A stretch of 64,000 bases of DNA from NCBI RefSeq assembly GCF_009914755.1, contig NC_060927.1, one strand, 5' to 3'. The notes beneath the pieces were generated by a model, which did not search any database, was not told the origin of the DNA, and saw only the letters and a program-made list of their open reading frames with translations. Position numbers and translations under genes: made by a program. Positions 1 to 15,257 of the stretch are shown one piece after another; within the stretch, counting starts at the first letter, position 1; every line of letters begins with the position of its first letter. This DNA comes from the human T2T-CHM13v2.0 reference genome, Homo sapiens.

Positions 1-9
1 GCCTTCGTC

Positions 10-330
10 ATTTATTCATTTAATCTTTATTCAATATTTATTGAGTCCCAACTATACGCCAGGCCTCATTCCAGGTATTCAGAGGTGTGCAAAAGGCACA
101 TTGTCCCTGTTCTCTTTGAGCTTAGAGTTAAGTGGAGTGAATGAACAATAAAAAAGGAAACAAATATGTTAATATAAAATGAAGAGTACCATGAAAGAAA
201 TACACTGGGTGATGTGTTAGAGAACCAGGGAGGAGGTAAAACTAACACAGAGTGAGCAGGGAAGTGAGTGATACGAGAGGGAGCCAGCCATGAGGTCAGA
301 CGGGGGAGGAACATTCCAGGTCCTGTAAAT
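10..330. mobile_element. L2 3' fragment
   Basis: attcaatatttattgag...ccaggc terminus and purine-rich L2-like body. Confidence 0.55.
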
Positions 331-489
331 TTATCCATTGCAATATCTTCCCCATTTATTTATCCACCTATCCCTTTCCTGCTACCTGATTTCTATGATG
401 GCTACAGCCTCCTCGTTGGTCTCCTGCTGCCAGGTTCCAAAAATAAATTTCATCACGTCTCCCCATCTCCCCACCTGAAAATTATCTGA

Positions 490-1062
490 GATAGGCAGGA
501 CTCTAGGATGGCCCCAAGATTTCTGCCTCATATAATCCCCTCCGTTGAGTGTAGGCTGAACCTGTGACTATAATGCAATATCACTCCTGTGATCAGATTA
601 CTGATCAGTTGAGGTTAAGTTAATCAAAAGGGAGATTATCTTGAGTGGGCCTGACCTAATTAGGTGAGCCCTTAAAGGGGACTGAGAAATTATCCTTTTG
701 GCCTTGAAGGAGCAAACTGCTATGTTTTGGAGAGGGTCATTTTTTAGGAGATGGCAAAAGGCTTACAGGAGCTGAGAACAGCACTGGTTGACAGTCAGCT
801 AGAAAGTAGAGACCTCAGTCCTGCAACTGCAAGGAACTGAATACTCCTAACAACCTGAGTGAGTGTGGATGAGGACCTCAGGCTCCAGATGAGAACACAA
901 CCCAGTCTACACCTTGATTTCAGCCCTGTGAGATCCTGAGAAGAGAACCTACCTACACTGTGTACACAGTGCTGACTTACAGACTCTGCAAGATAAACAT
1001 GGGTACAGTTCAAGCCTCTAAATATGTGATAATTTGTTCCACAGCAATAGAAAATGAATACA
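490..1062 (+). mobile_element. MLT1-family MaLR LTR
   Basis: Typical MLT1 motifs (gggagattatcttgagtgggcc, ccttgatttcagcc, cagcaatagaaaatgaataca end). Confidence 0.75.
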
Positions 1063-2378
1063 CTGTTGATGGCTCCTCTTTCACCTATAAACCAAGCTCA
1101 GCCTTCTCCAACATGACCTCAACTTACGTTGCCAATCTGACCTCCCACTGATCCTGACACTCACTCACAGCTCCAGCCACACTGGCCTGGTAATGAGTAC
1201 TCTTCAATAGTCAGAGACTGGTGTCTTTGTTCAATTAATCATTCCTTCTTCCTCCCTGGGCAACTCAATCTTGCCCTCCATTAATCTCAGATGAACTTTC
1301 CAGCCACCTTCCCACTTCTTTCCATCATGTACAGAGACTTCTAACTATGAACTCTTAGCACTTCTATGCAAATCAATTACAATGCCCTCCTGCATGCAGC
1401 TGTCTTGCCTCATGACTGAATTTGCCTCGTGGCTGGAGAGAGAGAGCTCCATATAATTTTAGTTACTTCAGGATCAAATCTTTTTACAACCTTGATATTT
1501 TCCATAGGTCCTTGTACAAAGAAAGTAATAAGAAACTGTTAACTGTCTGCCTCATGGGTCACGAAGGCCTCCTTTCCTGTAAGAGGGGAAGGCTTCCTTC
1601 CCTTCTAATCCTGGCCAGGCTCAGGGATCTAAGGTATAAGCTGGATCTACCAATGGCTCAACATTTTTTGTCTTGTCAGTTTCCAAGGAACCTGGAGCCT
1701 CCTTAACCCTTGTTGTGCACCTCAAGGCCTGGGATTAAGGAAAGGAAGGACAGATGCTGGGCTCGAAGGGATCGGGCAAGGCTTCCTGAGGCTCCTCCTG
1801 TGTGTTTCCCCTGCTCCTATGCGCCAGCACTGCCCGAATCTGCCTCTTGTGCATCTTGTTGTAGAGTAGTAACATTTGCATTCCCAGAAGGGCAGATTAC
1901 AGTTAGCTGTGAGTTCTGAGATGAAGGTAAACTGTGCAGGACTTGGCCTTGACACCATGCTGTATGACAAAGGTGGCTTCTTTCTCAAAAGGGAAAAATT
2001 TGATAAAGTCAAATTAAGATCCTGCTACCCACTTCTTGGGAGGCTACAACAACCTAGTTCCCTTCATCTGATGCAAGTCCTCTCTTAAATCCCCTCCTTG
2101 GTTTATACAAGAGCAGGTCAAGTAGCAGCTGGTGTTTCTCTAGGCCTCTGACTCTCCTCAGAGCTTTAGACTCTGCCGGGGGCTTCTAGTACAATATGTC
2201 TACAAGGGCCTCGCTGTTAGTGGTAGCTATGAGGCACCTTGGAGGAGGGGCTGAGCCTTGAGTCCTGCTGCTGCCATGACTGAACAGCGAGGGGAAGGAA
2301 TGCTGTAACTCACTTTCTCCAGGCCTTCCACTTGCATAATGTCCTTTGATGTAAAAGAGCCTGACCCTTCTGTGTATT

Positions 2379-2588
2379 CAGTGGTGTGCTGGTAAATGGC
2401 TAACAACAGGCTCTGTAGTTTACAAAAAGCCCTAATTTGTATTATTTGCCAATTTCTGTGGTGTCAATACTCCCACCATGGCCTATTTTAAGCTACCACC
2501 AAAGCTTTAATAACTGATGCAAAAAGTTTCTAAAATTTTGCCAATCAGCTCTCGCTAGCCATGATAAGCTGGCTTCAGCAGACCACTG
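2379..2588. mobile_element. MER63-like non-autonomous hAT DNA transposon
   Basis: Terminal inverted repeats CAGTGGTGTGCTG...CAGCAGACCACTG. Confidence 0.7.
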
Positions 2589-3048
2589 AGAGTTATATAC
2601 TTTCCTAAATATGCTATAATGTTCAGCAACTCCCTGGAGGCTCCATTAATGAAGTGGGCCAACAAGTGTAGGGAACCCTGGCTCTATCCCATAAAGGAGG
2701 AAGCAGAGATGCAAGGATGTCAGTTATGAGCCCAAGGTTCTGCAGCAAATTGTGGCAGAGCCATGTCTCCCACCTCTGAGGTGTGTTTCTCCTGAGTGCC
2801 CTCCTCCCTCTCGAGGGCATCGACAGCTCTCTGAGTTCTTGTGGGGGACAAGGGCTTCCTCAGTGAAGTCAGCATGGCAAGGGTGGTTACCGCTTGCAGA
2901 GCACTGCGTGCGCCCACAACTGAGTTTCCTCAATTCGCTCGATTCTGTTAATTGCCTGGGGGTCCTGTTAAAATGCAGAATATCAGGCTTAGTTTCTGGA
3001 GATTTTGATTTAGTACTTCTGAAGTGGAACCCAGAAATGTGCATTTTT

Positions 3049-3343
3049 GTTTCTTCTTTTTTGAAATTATTTTATTTTTCGATAAGTTATTGGGGTACAG
3101 GTAGTATTTGGTTACATAAGTTCTTCATGGTGATTCGCGAGATCCTGGTGCACCCATCACCCAAGCAGTATACACTGTACCATATTTGTAGTCTTTTATC
3201 CCTCACCCCACTCCCCTTCATCTGATGCAAGTCCTCTCTCGAATCCCCCTCCTTGGGGATTCTTCCCCCAAGTCCCAAAAGTCCATTGTATCATTCTTAT
3301 GCCTTTGCATCCTCATAGCTTAGCTCCCACATATCAGTGAGAA
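3049..3343 (-). mobile_element. Old L1 (L1PB/L1MA-like) 3' fragment inserted into a MER5-like element (~2950-3410)
   Basis: T-rich tail and L1 3'UTR sequence; TSD cagaaatgtg(c/t)attttt on both sides. Confidence 0.75.
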
Positions 3344-3539
3344 CAGAAATGTGTATTTTTAACAAGCAAGTGCATCTTATGATTAGACAGGTTTTGAGAA
3401 AGTCTGCATTAGGGAAAACTTCTGTGACAAAGATTTTTGTTCACTTGGATAAGAAGTAAGAGACAAGACTACAATTTAACACTGTTACAGTAATTTTTTT
3501 CTTGCTCTTTTTTAAACATGATTAAACTGTTAGAATAAA

Positions 3540-4130
3540 TGAGGCCCCCGCTTGTCATAAGCCGACTGCGACAGGGAGGCTGTACCGGAATTGGCCATCG
3601 GAGGGCACTATAATGCAGCAAGAACTCTGCCAGCACGGCTGGGGTGAGAAGTTCACTGCTCACCTGGGGGCTCTCCAGGCTCTGTGGGGAGGCAGAGAGG
3701 GAAAGCCCGGCGCCCTGCTTCCTGGAACCCTGCAGGGACCCTGCATTCCCACCCAGGCCGACCGCTTAGCCTCTGACTTCCTCTCGGAGCGATTGCACGT
3801 GACCGACTGCAGGCGAGGGCCGCGCCAAAGCACCCGGAGGGCTGGGCTGGGCTTGGCCGGGAGAGAGAGGCTTGGCCCAGGGCCACCTCTGAACATCTGG
3901 CCGCTGCGCTCGCGGCGGTATTCCCAGGTCCGGACCTGCCAGCCTCGCACTGTGCGCGCCGCCCCTGCAGACCCTGAGCCAGGGACCCTCCCCTTGTGTC
4001 TGAGCTCTTAGCTCCCTGGGCCGTTTCTGGTGTGGATGACTCCGCTGACCCCAGCACTGGCAGTGTGCTTGGTGATTAAGTCCGCGGGCATGAGAAACGG
4101 ACTGATCAGCTCTGAATCCCGGCTCTGCCA
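3540..4130. promoter_or_regulatory. Intronic GC/CpG-rich patch (small CpG-island-like element)
   Basis: Dense CpGs (cgcgcc, gcgctcgcggcgg, gcgcgccgcc) against a CpG-poor background; not a recognisable repeat. Confidence 0.75.
3592..3610 (+). promoter_or_regulatory. Candidate CTCF binding site
   Basis: TGGCCATCGGAGGGCACTA resembles the core TGGCCACCAGGGGGCGCTA; a GCTGTACC upstream-module-like sequence sits 5 bp 5' of it. Confidence 0.7.
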
Positions 4131-5319
4131 CTGAACTGTGTAGCCATGGGCCAGTGGTTTGTTTTTTCTAAGATCCAATTTTCTCATCTGTACAATGGGG
4201 ATAATAATTTCTGCCCGAAAAGGCTGTAATGAATATTGAATGATATTTTCTCTGTAAACCTTTTTTTTTTTAAGTCACAGTGCCCAGTGATTAATACTAA
4301 ACATTCAAAAGACGGTATTATTATTGTTATTGTTGTCATAATTATTGTGCTAGCTCAAGGGATCAGTGATTGTTCATATCAGTGAGTTTATGGTTGTCTT
4401 CCCCTTCCTCCTGATATCAGGTAATATTAAATTTGTTTATTTATCCACCAAAAATGTACATGACACTTTCTATGTGACAGGCACTATTTGAAGTGCTTTA
4501 CGAATATTAATTCATTTAATCCTCCTAACAACCCTTTGAGGTAGTTGTTATTATCTCCACTAAACAGATAAGAGAACTGAGGCTCTGACAGGTTAATTGA
4601 CTTGCCCAAGGTCACATTGCTATTAAACTGTAGAGCCTGGATTTTTAGCCAGGCAGTGTGACTCTATAGCTAGGGAGCCCAGAGCCAGACTCGCACCTCA
4701 GCATCTCTGAGTAAGGGAGTGTGCTGTAATAGACAGAGGCTGCCTGAATCCTTACTCTTGCACCACCCAGTTGTGTGATCTCGGCAAGCTCACCTACCCA
4801 TTCTAGTCTCAGCACCTTTATTTATATAGTGAGGGTATTACATCTCTCTCTCTGGGTTGTCGTGAAGGTTAGCAATAATGAATGAAGAGTTCTTAGTGTC
4901 TGGCACATAGTACATGCTAAATAAATGTTAACTATTTTTATTATTGTTGCTTCCAGACTCATGTAAGTTAGCATTAGCATAGAGGTAGCCAGGGCATTGA
5001 AGACATAGGTGCCCCATCCTCACCTTCACCAATGAAGGTGTCACTTATTGTAATAGAGTGCTGGTGGAAAGTCAGGAGATTCCATTTCTAGTCCCACACC
5101 TGTGCTAAGAGGCTGCAGCACTTCATGCAAGCATTTAGCATTTCCACTCAAATGAGATAACTGTGATGCCCCTTCTGACTTCTGGTTCTATGAGCAGGAT
5201 GTTGCCCCTTCTGACTTCCGGTCCTATGAGCAGGATCTATATGGTTGGTCACTTACTGAAGGTCTCAGTACCTTGCAGAATTTGATTTCAATCTCAGAGC
5301 CCTGTCCCAGGGTGGGAGA

Positions 5320-5355
5320 TGTGTGTGTGTGTGTGTGTGTATGTGTGTGTGTGTG
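5320..5355. repeat. (TG)n microsatellite
   Basis: Direct reading, one interruption. Confidence 0.95.
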
Positions 5356-7651
5356 CTGACAAGGGTTGCTCTTTAGGAAGCTAGCAGTCCAGGAGGAAAG
5401 AGGCCAGCCTGGGTGGGAAGGCCTGACTCTAACTCCCCGCCTGGGTTTAATGAGCCCCAGAGTTCTGTGAGGGCTGCTTTTCACCATCTTTTATTTGGTC
5501 AGACAGGGGGCTCAATATGTCTTTAGTTCTGTGGACTCCCCTCCTGGAGTTGTTGAAGGAGAAAGCTTTTTGCAAATGACTGGAAAGCCTTTTGCAAATA
5601 TAAAGTGCTTATTTAGATGCAAACTAAAAATCCAAGGTGCCTGTGACTCATCTGGTACCTATTGTGCTCGCTGCAAAGACGCGGAGGCTTGCCTGTGTGA
5701 TGGGTGCCATTTGAGAGCCACTTAAAGAACTCCCTGGTGAATGAATTTGGCTGCATTATTCCTGGGCTCCTCTCGGAGGACTCTAATTCTCACCACTTGG
5801 TCGTGTCCTCCTCTTCTGACACATTCTCAGCCCTCTCCCTGAGTTAGTTTGGACCCAGGATGTGATGGGAGGAGGGCTGGCTCCCTGGGGAGGCAAGGAG
5901 CTAAAGGAGTGGGGGCTTGTGCTCCGAGGACTTCCCACTCTGCTTTTTAAAAACGAAATGGCAGCATTAATCCAAGCATCAGAGCTATGCCTAAGAATCT
6001 AATGACAATAGTATTACTTGCTTTCAAAAACCCTTTTATCATTTCCTTTTCTTTCATATCTCTTTCCACAGCATTATTATAGATCAGGGCTTCATGACCA
6101 AAAAATACTGAATCCATTTGGTTAAGTTTGTCAGATTGGTGACTGGCATTGTGTGAAGACCAAAGGTCTGCGTGAATGACTGCATTTTTAATGAATTGAC
6201 CAGCTATTTGTCATCACATGAACAGAATGTAATGCAAACTGCTGTGAAGAATAATGAACCCAGCTTTTCCAAGGCCTGTTTTCATTTCTAGAATAGGAGG
6301 GGGCTCCATTTTGAGGCTTGGTGAGAATTCATTGGCCCATATAGAACTATGAGCCAAGAAGGGAGCTTCGTTTTCGCTTGGGATCTAAGGCATGGCTGGT
6401 CCCTTCAGGTAGGTAAGTGCTGTGTATTCTCGGAGTTTTCCTATATGGGACAGAAGCCAATTCAAAGTTACTCTTGTTGGTTGCGTTTTAAGTGGTAAAA
6501 ACTAGAGGTGTGTTTTAGGCATGGCTGCTGGCCGCAAAATGGTGCTCTTGTGCAAATTAAAGAAAGGCGCCCTCTCCTGGCTGGCAAATCGTAGAAAAGC
6601 ACCCTCTTCTGGCCAACTCTAGGCTTGGAAAAGGGAGTGATAGCTGAATTTCATTTCCACACCCTTGCGCAGGGAACAACCTGCACAACCTCACCCACAG
6701 CCCTAAGTGCATAAGAATATAGGTGGGTGGAGTGTATAGGCACACTCTCAAGAGGGAAGAGAGGAGGCTCAGGAACTACGAGGGCTGAGGGGGCTCTCTT
6801 TACACAGTTCTCCCTCTTCACAAAGCGAACCCTCTCCCATTCTCTGACGTCCTTTCCGAAAGCCTCCTCCCAAAAGTCAAAAGCCTCCTCCCTTTCCTCC
6901 TTGGAGTTCTCTCCCTCCCACTTCCCCTTCCGCCTCTTCTCCTTCTCCCAATAATATCATCCATCCATCTCATAGCTCCAGCAGGTGACCCAAATAAGAT
7001 CTGCCATTTATTGAGAATTTATCACATTGTGCTAAGCTTTGACACACATTAACTCATTTCATCTTCACAATTCTTAGGTACTGTTGTTATCTTCAATTTC
7101 CAACTTCTTAGAGTATTTAAGGAATTTGCCAAAGCCACACCACTAGTACTGGGCGGTGCCAGGATTAGAATTCATGTCTATTTGACTCCAAGTTAGTAAT
7201 CTTAAGCTTTGTGCTAACCTCCCTAAATCTCCAACTACATCCCTGCCTTCTCCCCTGAGTTCCAGATCACATTACTTCCTGGATAGTCCACTTGTTCCTA
7301 TTATGCCAGATGTTAAAAACCAAACCATTAAAGCACCAAATCGTCTCGACATGGTGATCTCTTCTTGACAGCATCTTTCTCCTGGAATCTTGTGTTCTGT
7401 TTGACTCCTTTCTCTTCCTAATCTTTCATATTCAAGAGGTTGGTGTTTACAGACCTTTTGCCGTTTTTTTTTTCAAAATTTCCCCTACTTTTCCTTTCTT
7501 GTTTCCTCCTATTTATTTTAGGATCCTATGATCCCTTACCTGAAATTCTGCTGCACTTTCTAACTGGTCCTTCATAGCACTATCAAAATCATTCCCTTAG
7601 AAGTAAAGCCTTACTCAAAATCCCTCAGTGCCTCCTTGGCCTATTGAATAA

Positions 7652-8437
<786 letters not shown>

Positions 8438-8790
8438 TGATTCAGTCACCCTTGAACTTCACAATGCTTTCTCTGTCACTATGTTGTGGCATCTCCAGCC
8501 TGCTTTTTCTAGAGGTCATAGCACAGGCCCCCTCAATTGGCCCAGTGTTGTGCCCTCTGTAGCAACAGCCTCACATTTCCTTTTACATGCTGAAGTGGGA
8601 ATTTTGAACAATAACCAAAAAAATGAATATGAACACACTTTGCTCTGGTGATCCTGCAAACCAATCAGCTAATTGGATGATTTTTTATTTATATCACTTG
8701 GTTGGCTAGCCAACTGAGAAGAAAGCTAAAGAACATGTCCACAATGCTGAAAATAATACCATTAAAGAGTGTGTTTAAAAAAGAGGGGTA

Positions 8791-9093
<303 letters not shown>

Positions 9094-9100
9094 AGAGGGG

Positions 9101-9240
9101 TCCAGATGCAGTAGTATGTGCCAGTAATCCCAGCTACTTGGGAGGCTAAGATGGGAGGGTTGCTTGAGTCCAGGAGTTTGAGACCAGCCTGGACAACATA
9201 GCAGGACCTCATCTCTGCAAAAAAGAAAAAAAAAAAAAAG
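9101..9240 (+). mobile_element. Alu monomer (FLAM-like)
   Basis: Single arm followed by A-tail. Confidence 0.8.
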
Positions 9241-10725
9241 GAATATAATTGCATAAGTCTGTAAACATACCAATATAACATTGAATTACACACTTTGAGT
9301 GGATGAATTGTGTGGTATGTGAGTTATATCTTCATAAAGCTGTTTTAAAAAGTGAAGAGTTGGGGATTTTAGAATATTTTTAGCTCTAATATCTAAGTCT
9401 TTTGTGTAATTTCTAGACATTTAGTACACATTTTCAGGAGTGCATTATTTGCAGACATAGAGGACTGCAGCTGGTTTGCTTTATTATCATTACCCCAAAC
9501 TCTTCTACAAGACCTAGCTCCTGATCACCTGTGACCTTCCCTGCTGTGCCCATTACAGAGTCTTGAACAAAGAGTATTCAGCTGAATTCAGTGGTCCCTG
9601 TTTGAAGGTAGCCAATGTTTATACCATAAAATAACAGTACCTAAGATAATACATAAGATAATAACAGTACCTAAGAATTGTGAAGATGAAATGAGTTAAT
9701 GTGTGTCAAAGCTTAGCACAATGTGATAAATTCTCAATAAATGGCAGATCTTATTTGGGGTCACCTGTTGGAGCTATGAGGTGGATGGATGATATTACTG
9801 GGAGAAGGAGAAGAAGCGGAATGGAAAGTGGGAGGGAGAGAACTCAGAGCAGGAATGGGAGGAGGCTTTTGACTGGCAGCAAGGGCCATAGGCTTGAAAG
9901 TGACCTCCTTTCCCCCAGGGCTCTCAGTGAGGCTGGTGATGTCCCAGGGGAACCAGGCAAATCTCAGGCTCAGGCAGAGGAAAGGGGAAAGAAGAGAGGA
10001 AGACAAAAGGAGAGGGGAAGGGAGAAACAGAGGGACCCAGAGCAAGGGTGGTGAGTCCAGGTGCTCTCAGGGATAGAAAGCAATGTTACTCAGGCAGAAC
10101 ACACAGAGAGAGGAGTCAAAATCATAGCAATTCACCCCAGCAACCAAAATGTAATTTTAAAAAACATACTATACTTGCTTCTCTAAGCTCTATGAGAGAA
10201 ACATATAGATCACAGCCATGCTTTCTAAAATTGCCTTTCTCCCCCACTTCTCTCCTCTCTCCCCCTCAAAAATTATCCCTACACCTGCCCCTCTTTCTTT
10301 CTCTTTCTCTCTCCCACCTTCTCTCCATCTCTCCCTTCAACAAAAACAAACAAAACAACAACAGAATTTCCTACCAACCCCAGTCAGCTCACCTTTCCTC
10401 CTTCTCCCCCTCCCTAATGGGAAGCTTTCCTTCCTATTAGGAAGAAAAAAAAAACCCCAAAGGATGGTGGAAAAGCAAAACCAGAATCCTCTTCAGGGAG
10501 CTGGAGGAGAAGAAAGGCCAGGAAAGCTTATAGGGTCGTTATTTCCCACCTGTCGCAGGGGTTTCTTCTCACCTGCAAACCATACTTTAAAAGAAAAAGA
10601 GAGGAAAGAAAATGTTCCAGTGTCAAGTTCTACTTGGAGGTGACCCCAGTACCCTCAAGTGCACAATCTGTCTCTCCCCACTTCCCCAGCTTTTGGGCCA
10701 CCTGGAAGGGGAATTGCAGCCCTAC

Positions 10726-10838
10726 CTGTCTATGCTGATGGCACAGAGATTAAGGATGCTGGCTGTACACATCATGACATCCAGGGTGACAAAAACATCA
10801 CAGCAAATGCGGCTGAAATTCCAGACTCCACCTGTCAC
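10726..10838 (-). CDS. DRD3: DRD3 second coding exon (113 nt, codons 91-128, ECL1/TM3 up to the DRY motif)
   Basis: Manual translation [37 protein letters not shown](R), including the aminergic TM3 Asp. Acceptor cccAG|GTG at 10839/10838 and donor AG|GTAGGG at 10726/10725. Phase 0 join with the preceding exon. Not shown in the ORF track. Confidence 0.97.
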
Positions 10839-11088
10839 CTGGGTATCAGAGACAAGGATGTTAGTGTTTACCCCAGTGAAGGAACGACAACCCAGTTGGC
10901 CCTATTTTCTTTGCTTTGCTGCCTAGTGTAGATGTTGGCACTCCTACTCCCTGTGTACCGTTGTTCCCACAGGGCAGATGGACATCAAGGGAGTGCCAGG
11001 CTATCCAAAACTGGTTGCCTAAAGAAAGGACAAGTTCACAGAATGTTAGAATGCTAATGCTGGAAGTGATCTTCCAAGTCAGTTAGTC

Positions 11089-11479
<391 letters not shown>

Positions 11480-14400
11480 TAAGTGATAACTTCCTCATAG
11501 ATGCTCAGCTGGTGGTAAAAGGACTTCGGTGACTGCCCGATGTGTACATTGTGCCAAAACTGTCTCTCTGAAGTCCTTCACCCAGTAGAGAGCTCATCAT
11601 GCACTCAAGAAATAAGCTAAGAACACATTTTTCATAAAATTTACCTCCAAAGTAAAAATCTATCTGGCTTCAGCTTGTAAAGCTTAGAAACATTCTGAAA
11701 CAACATTTATGGGAATCTATGTAAAATAAGTCTGTGCCAATGTGACTGCCTTCAACACTCTCCCTCCCCACCCACATCCCAAAAACCAAAAGTGGGGAAA
11801 AGGGCTGGATTCTCTCCACTACTCAGAATTCATGAGGATGGTTTCAACCTCCTCATGCATCTATCTATACATGTATTTCAAGCTCCATAACATCCTCTGA
11901 GTAATGCTTACAGTCAGGAATTTATATAATATCATTTATACTCTAGTATATTTCTATTTATTTTTGAAACCTTTACATACCCTAATTGAATCAGGAAGAT
12001 GTGTCAGGGAGATTGACACTTTTAAAATGTCCACCAAAGGCCACTCATGGACCGCGAGGCTTTGTGCAGTTACCAGCTTCTTTCCTGGGGGGGTGGGCTG
12101 TCATTCTTGGGGACCCTAGTTCTCGGGGAGAAACCTGCCAGGCTTTGTGCCTCTGGCTGTAGCTGAGTATTCACAATACCGCTCCTGAACAGGCCCAATG
12201 GCCATTTAAGAGGAAGAAAGAGTGAAAAATGGTACAGTAGCCTCTGAAGTAGCTTCCCAATAAGAAAACAGATACTGACCAAATGACTGTGCATAAAGAT
12301 AGTGCTATTCCTTCATCTGGATTTTCTCATCCAAGGATCTTCTTATATGACCAGGTCACTTTAGTGTTCATTTCTGTTTTATCCCAATAAAATAAGGTCC
12401 TAAAAGGCCGTCTTTCCTTCCCTGTCCCTGATAACTTCTTCCCATTGGATTTATTTCTTTTTTTGCATCTCATTTTATTCCTGTGCTTGGTCATCTCCAG
12501 ACTGTTTTGAGAAACCCTGACCAATGATTTTTTGTTTAAAAGCAACAATGAAAATTAAAACTAGTGAAGAAGTCAAATCCAGTTATGGATTTACTGTCTC
12601 TCTTTTAGTTTGACCAATTGGCTCTATATAAATAAAGGCTGAATATGAATTTATAGGAATTCTGAGAATAAAAAGCTTTTAAAAGATTGAGACATAAGAA
12701 TTCCGATCTAAAGAGTCATAATAACACAATGATTTAGGGGAACCAAGAGAATAAAAGAAGGTTTTCTTCATTACATAGGACAGTTGCATACTGTAAAAGC
12801 GTCTTGCAAAAGCTGATTTTGTATACTAAATTTTATTTCAATATTATATCTACTCTGCAGTTAATGTTTTAAATTGGGTAAAAAAACACTTTTTGGCATA
12901 ATTGTGAGCACATGTTTGTTTGTGTTTTGGGCTAGAGTAGGTGAGAAAGGATAGTTAGGATAACAGCAAACTTCAGTGTTTGCTGGATATTCATTCATTC
13001 ATGCACTTGTAGAGCAAATACTTGTGAAGCTCTTAGTACTTGGTTTGCAGCAGTGTATGTCATGTGTGTTGAGAGGTTTTACAAAATGTACTACAGGGCC
13101 TATCCTTAAAGAATTTACAAGATAACTGGAGAAGTAAGGTATTCATCAATAAAATACTAGAGATCATCATGATATCCTAATATTGTTAATAGGAATTAAC
13201 ATTTATTGAGAATTCACTGTACATGTGTTACCAACCCACATGACCCATTCCAGGAATTTCTATAACTTTGAAACTTCAGACTTTGAAAACTGAATTTGTT
13301 TTTATTGTATGTGTTCTTAAAGCTTTTTGAAGACAAGTTATACATTTACTTGATAGGGGATGGAGTTATTGTTACTTAACCAACACCAACAGGAGCAGGA
13401 AGATTTACTTGTTTGCTGCTGCACCCCCAGCTCCCAGAGCAGGGCCCAACCATGAAAATATATTCTGAAATAATAAATGACCTCTGACATAATCTGTCAT
13501 AATAATAGCTAACATTTATTGAACGCTTACTAAGTGCCTGGTGTTCTGCAAAGCACTTTACATACGTCGCCTCTATTGCCGATTATAATTCTATGACAGA
13601 GGATTATTATCTTCATTGCAGAGGAAGAATCTAAAAGCTTAGAAAGAATAAGCACTTTGTCCAAGGTCACAGGGCTAGTACAGGGAGACAGAGCATTGGA
13701 ATGTAGGTTGTTACACACCCTGCTATAGGGAAGTGTTAGGTGAGGAGGGGTAGTTGTTGGAAAAGGGATGGAAGTGGGTAGATACTAGGGGAAAGAAGAA
13801 AACCAGGTGTTCCTCAGGGATTTTTGTGTGACAGACCATATCATCTCCTTTCTAGGGAAAGAGACACTCTCCTGATTGCCTCTATCCCAGGGTTCAAAGA
13901 ATAGTGCAAGAGACAGTGGTAAGTGCTGCCTTTGGGGTTGGTGAAAGTACACAGACAGTTTTATTTAATACCCCTCCTGCTTAGCCCCCAAAGGACAAAG
14001 CCCTCAAGCTGTTCTCTGGCTTCCAGGCCCCCAATGGCCTGTCATCCCATTCTGGCTATCCTCTTTTCTTGTCTCCTGATTCTGCCATGAAAATTCTCAT
14101 TCTCTCCTTGATTTCAGCTAAGAGTCAAGAAGAAAACAATCTGATTAGCTGATTAAAATAATTCCCACTAAGGTGCCATCACTTAGCCTTCCCTGGAGCT
14201 TACTCATTAAAATGAGTCTCTAATTGGTGGGACTTGTAATGAATTTTTTTTTTTTCTATTGACATCCTCCATATCAAGCAACAAATAGTAAGGGATCAAT
14301 AAAGTGCATCTAGGTGCCAAGAATATGCTGGTAATTCTCACACATTTTCTCATCACAACCTGAAGAGGTAAATGTGATTTTTAACTTATAGGTAAAGAAA

Positions 14401-14816
14401 TGGAGACCTGGAAGGGTTGAGTAATTTGCCAAATGGAGACCTGGAAGGGTTGAGTAATTTGCCTAAGGACACATAGCTTGTAAAAGGAGCTAGGATTTTG
14501 ACCCCTTTATATTACCATTACTCTTCCTGCCTCTCAAAGTATAGTGGCTTGCCTCTTCAGAGATGTGTACAATTTAACTCTATTCTAATATCATAGGAGG
14601 TAGAAGAGTTGGTGTGTGTCCATCCATTACCCCTATAGCCATGGTCTAATGAGTGCCCAAGATATGTCTGATACTTTGCTTGGGCGGGTGTATTGAAACA
14701 AACCTGTTTTTGTTCCCAGGATCTCAGAATACAATGTGTGCCTATTACCAGAAGTGATGTGTGAATGGGTATGGGTGAACTGAGGGCCCGGGAGATAAGT
14801 ACTTAAAAAACAGCTA

Positions 14817-15257
<441 letters not shown>

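Noticed and set aside
3613-4131. Overlapping 96-134 aa ORFs on both strands
   Set aside because: Expected from stop-codon scarcity in GC-rich DNA; no recognisable homology
10612-10931. Plus-strand ORFs of 104 and 90 aa
   Set aside because: Antisense shadows of the DRD3 coding exon
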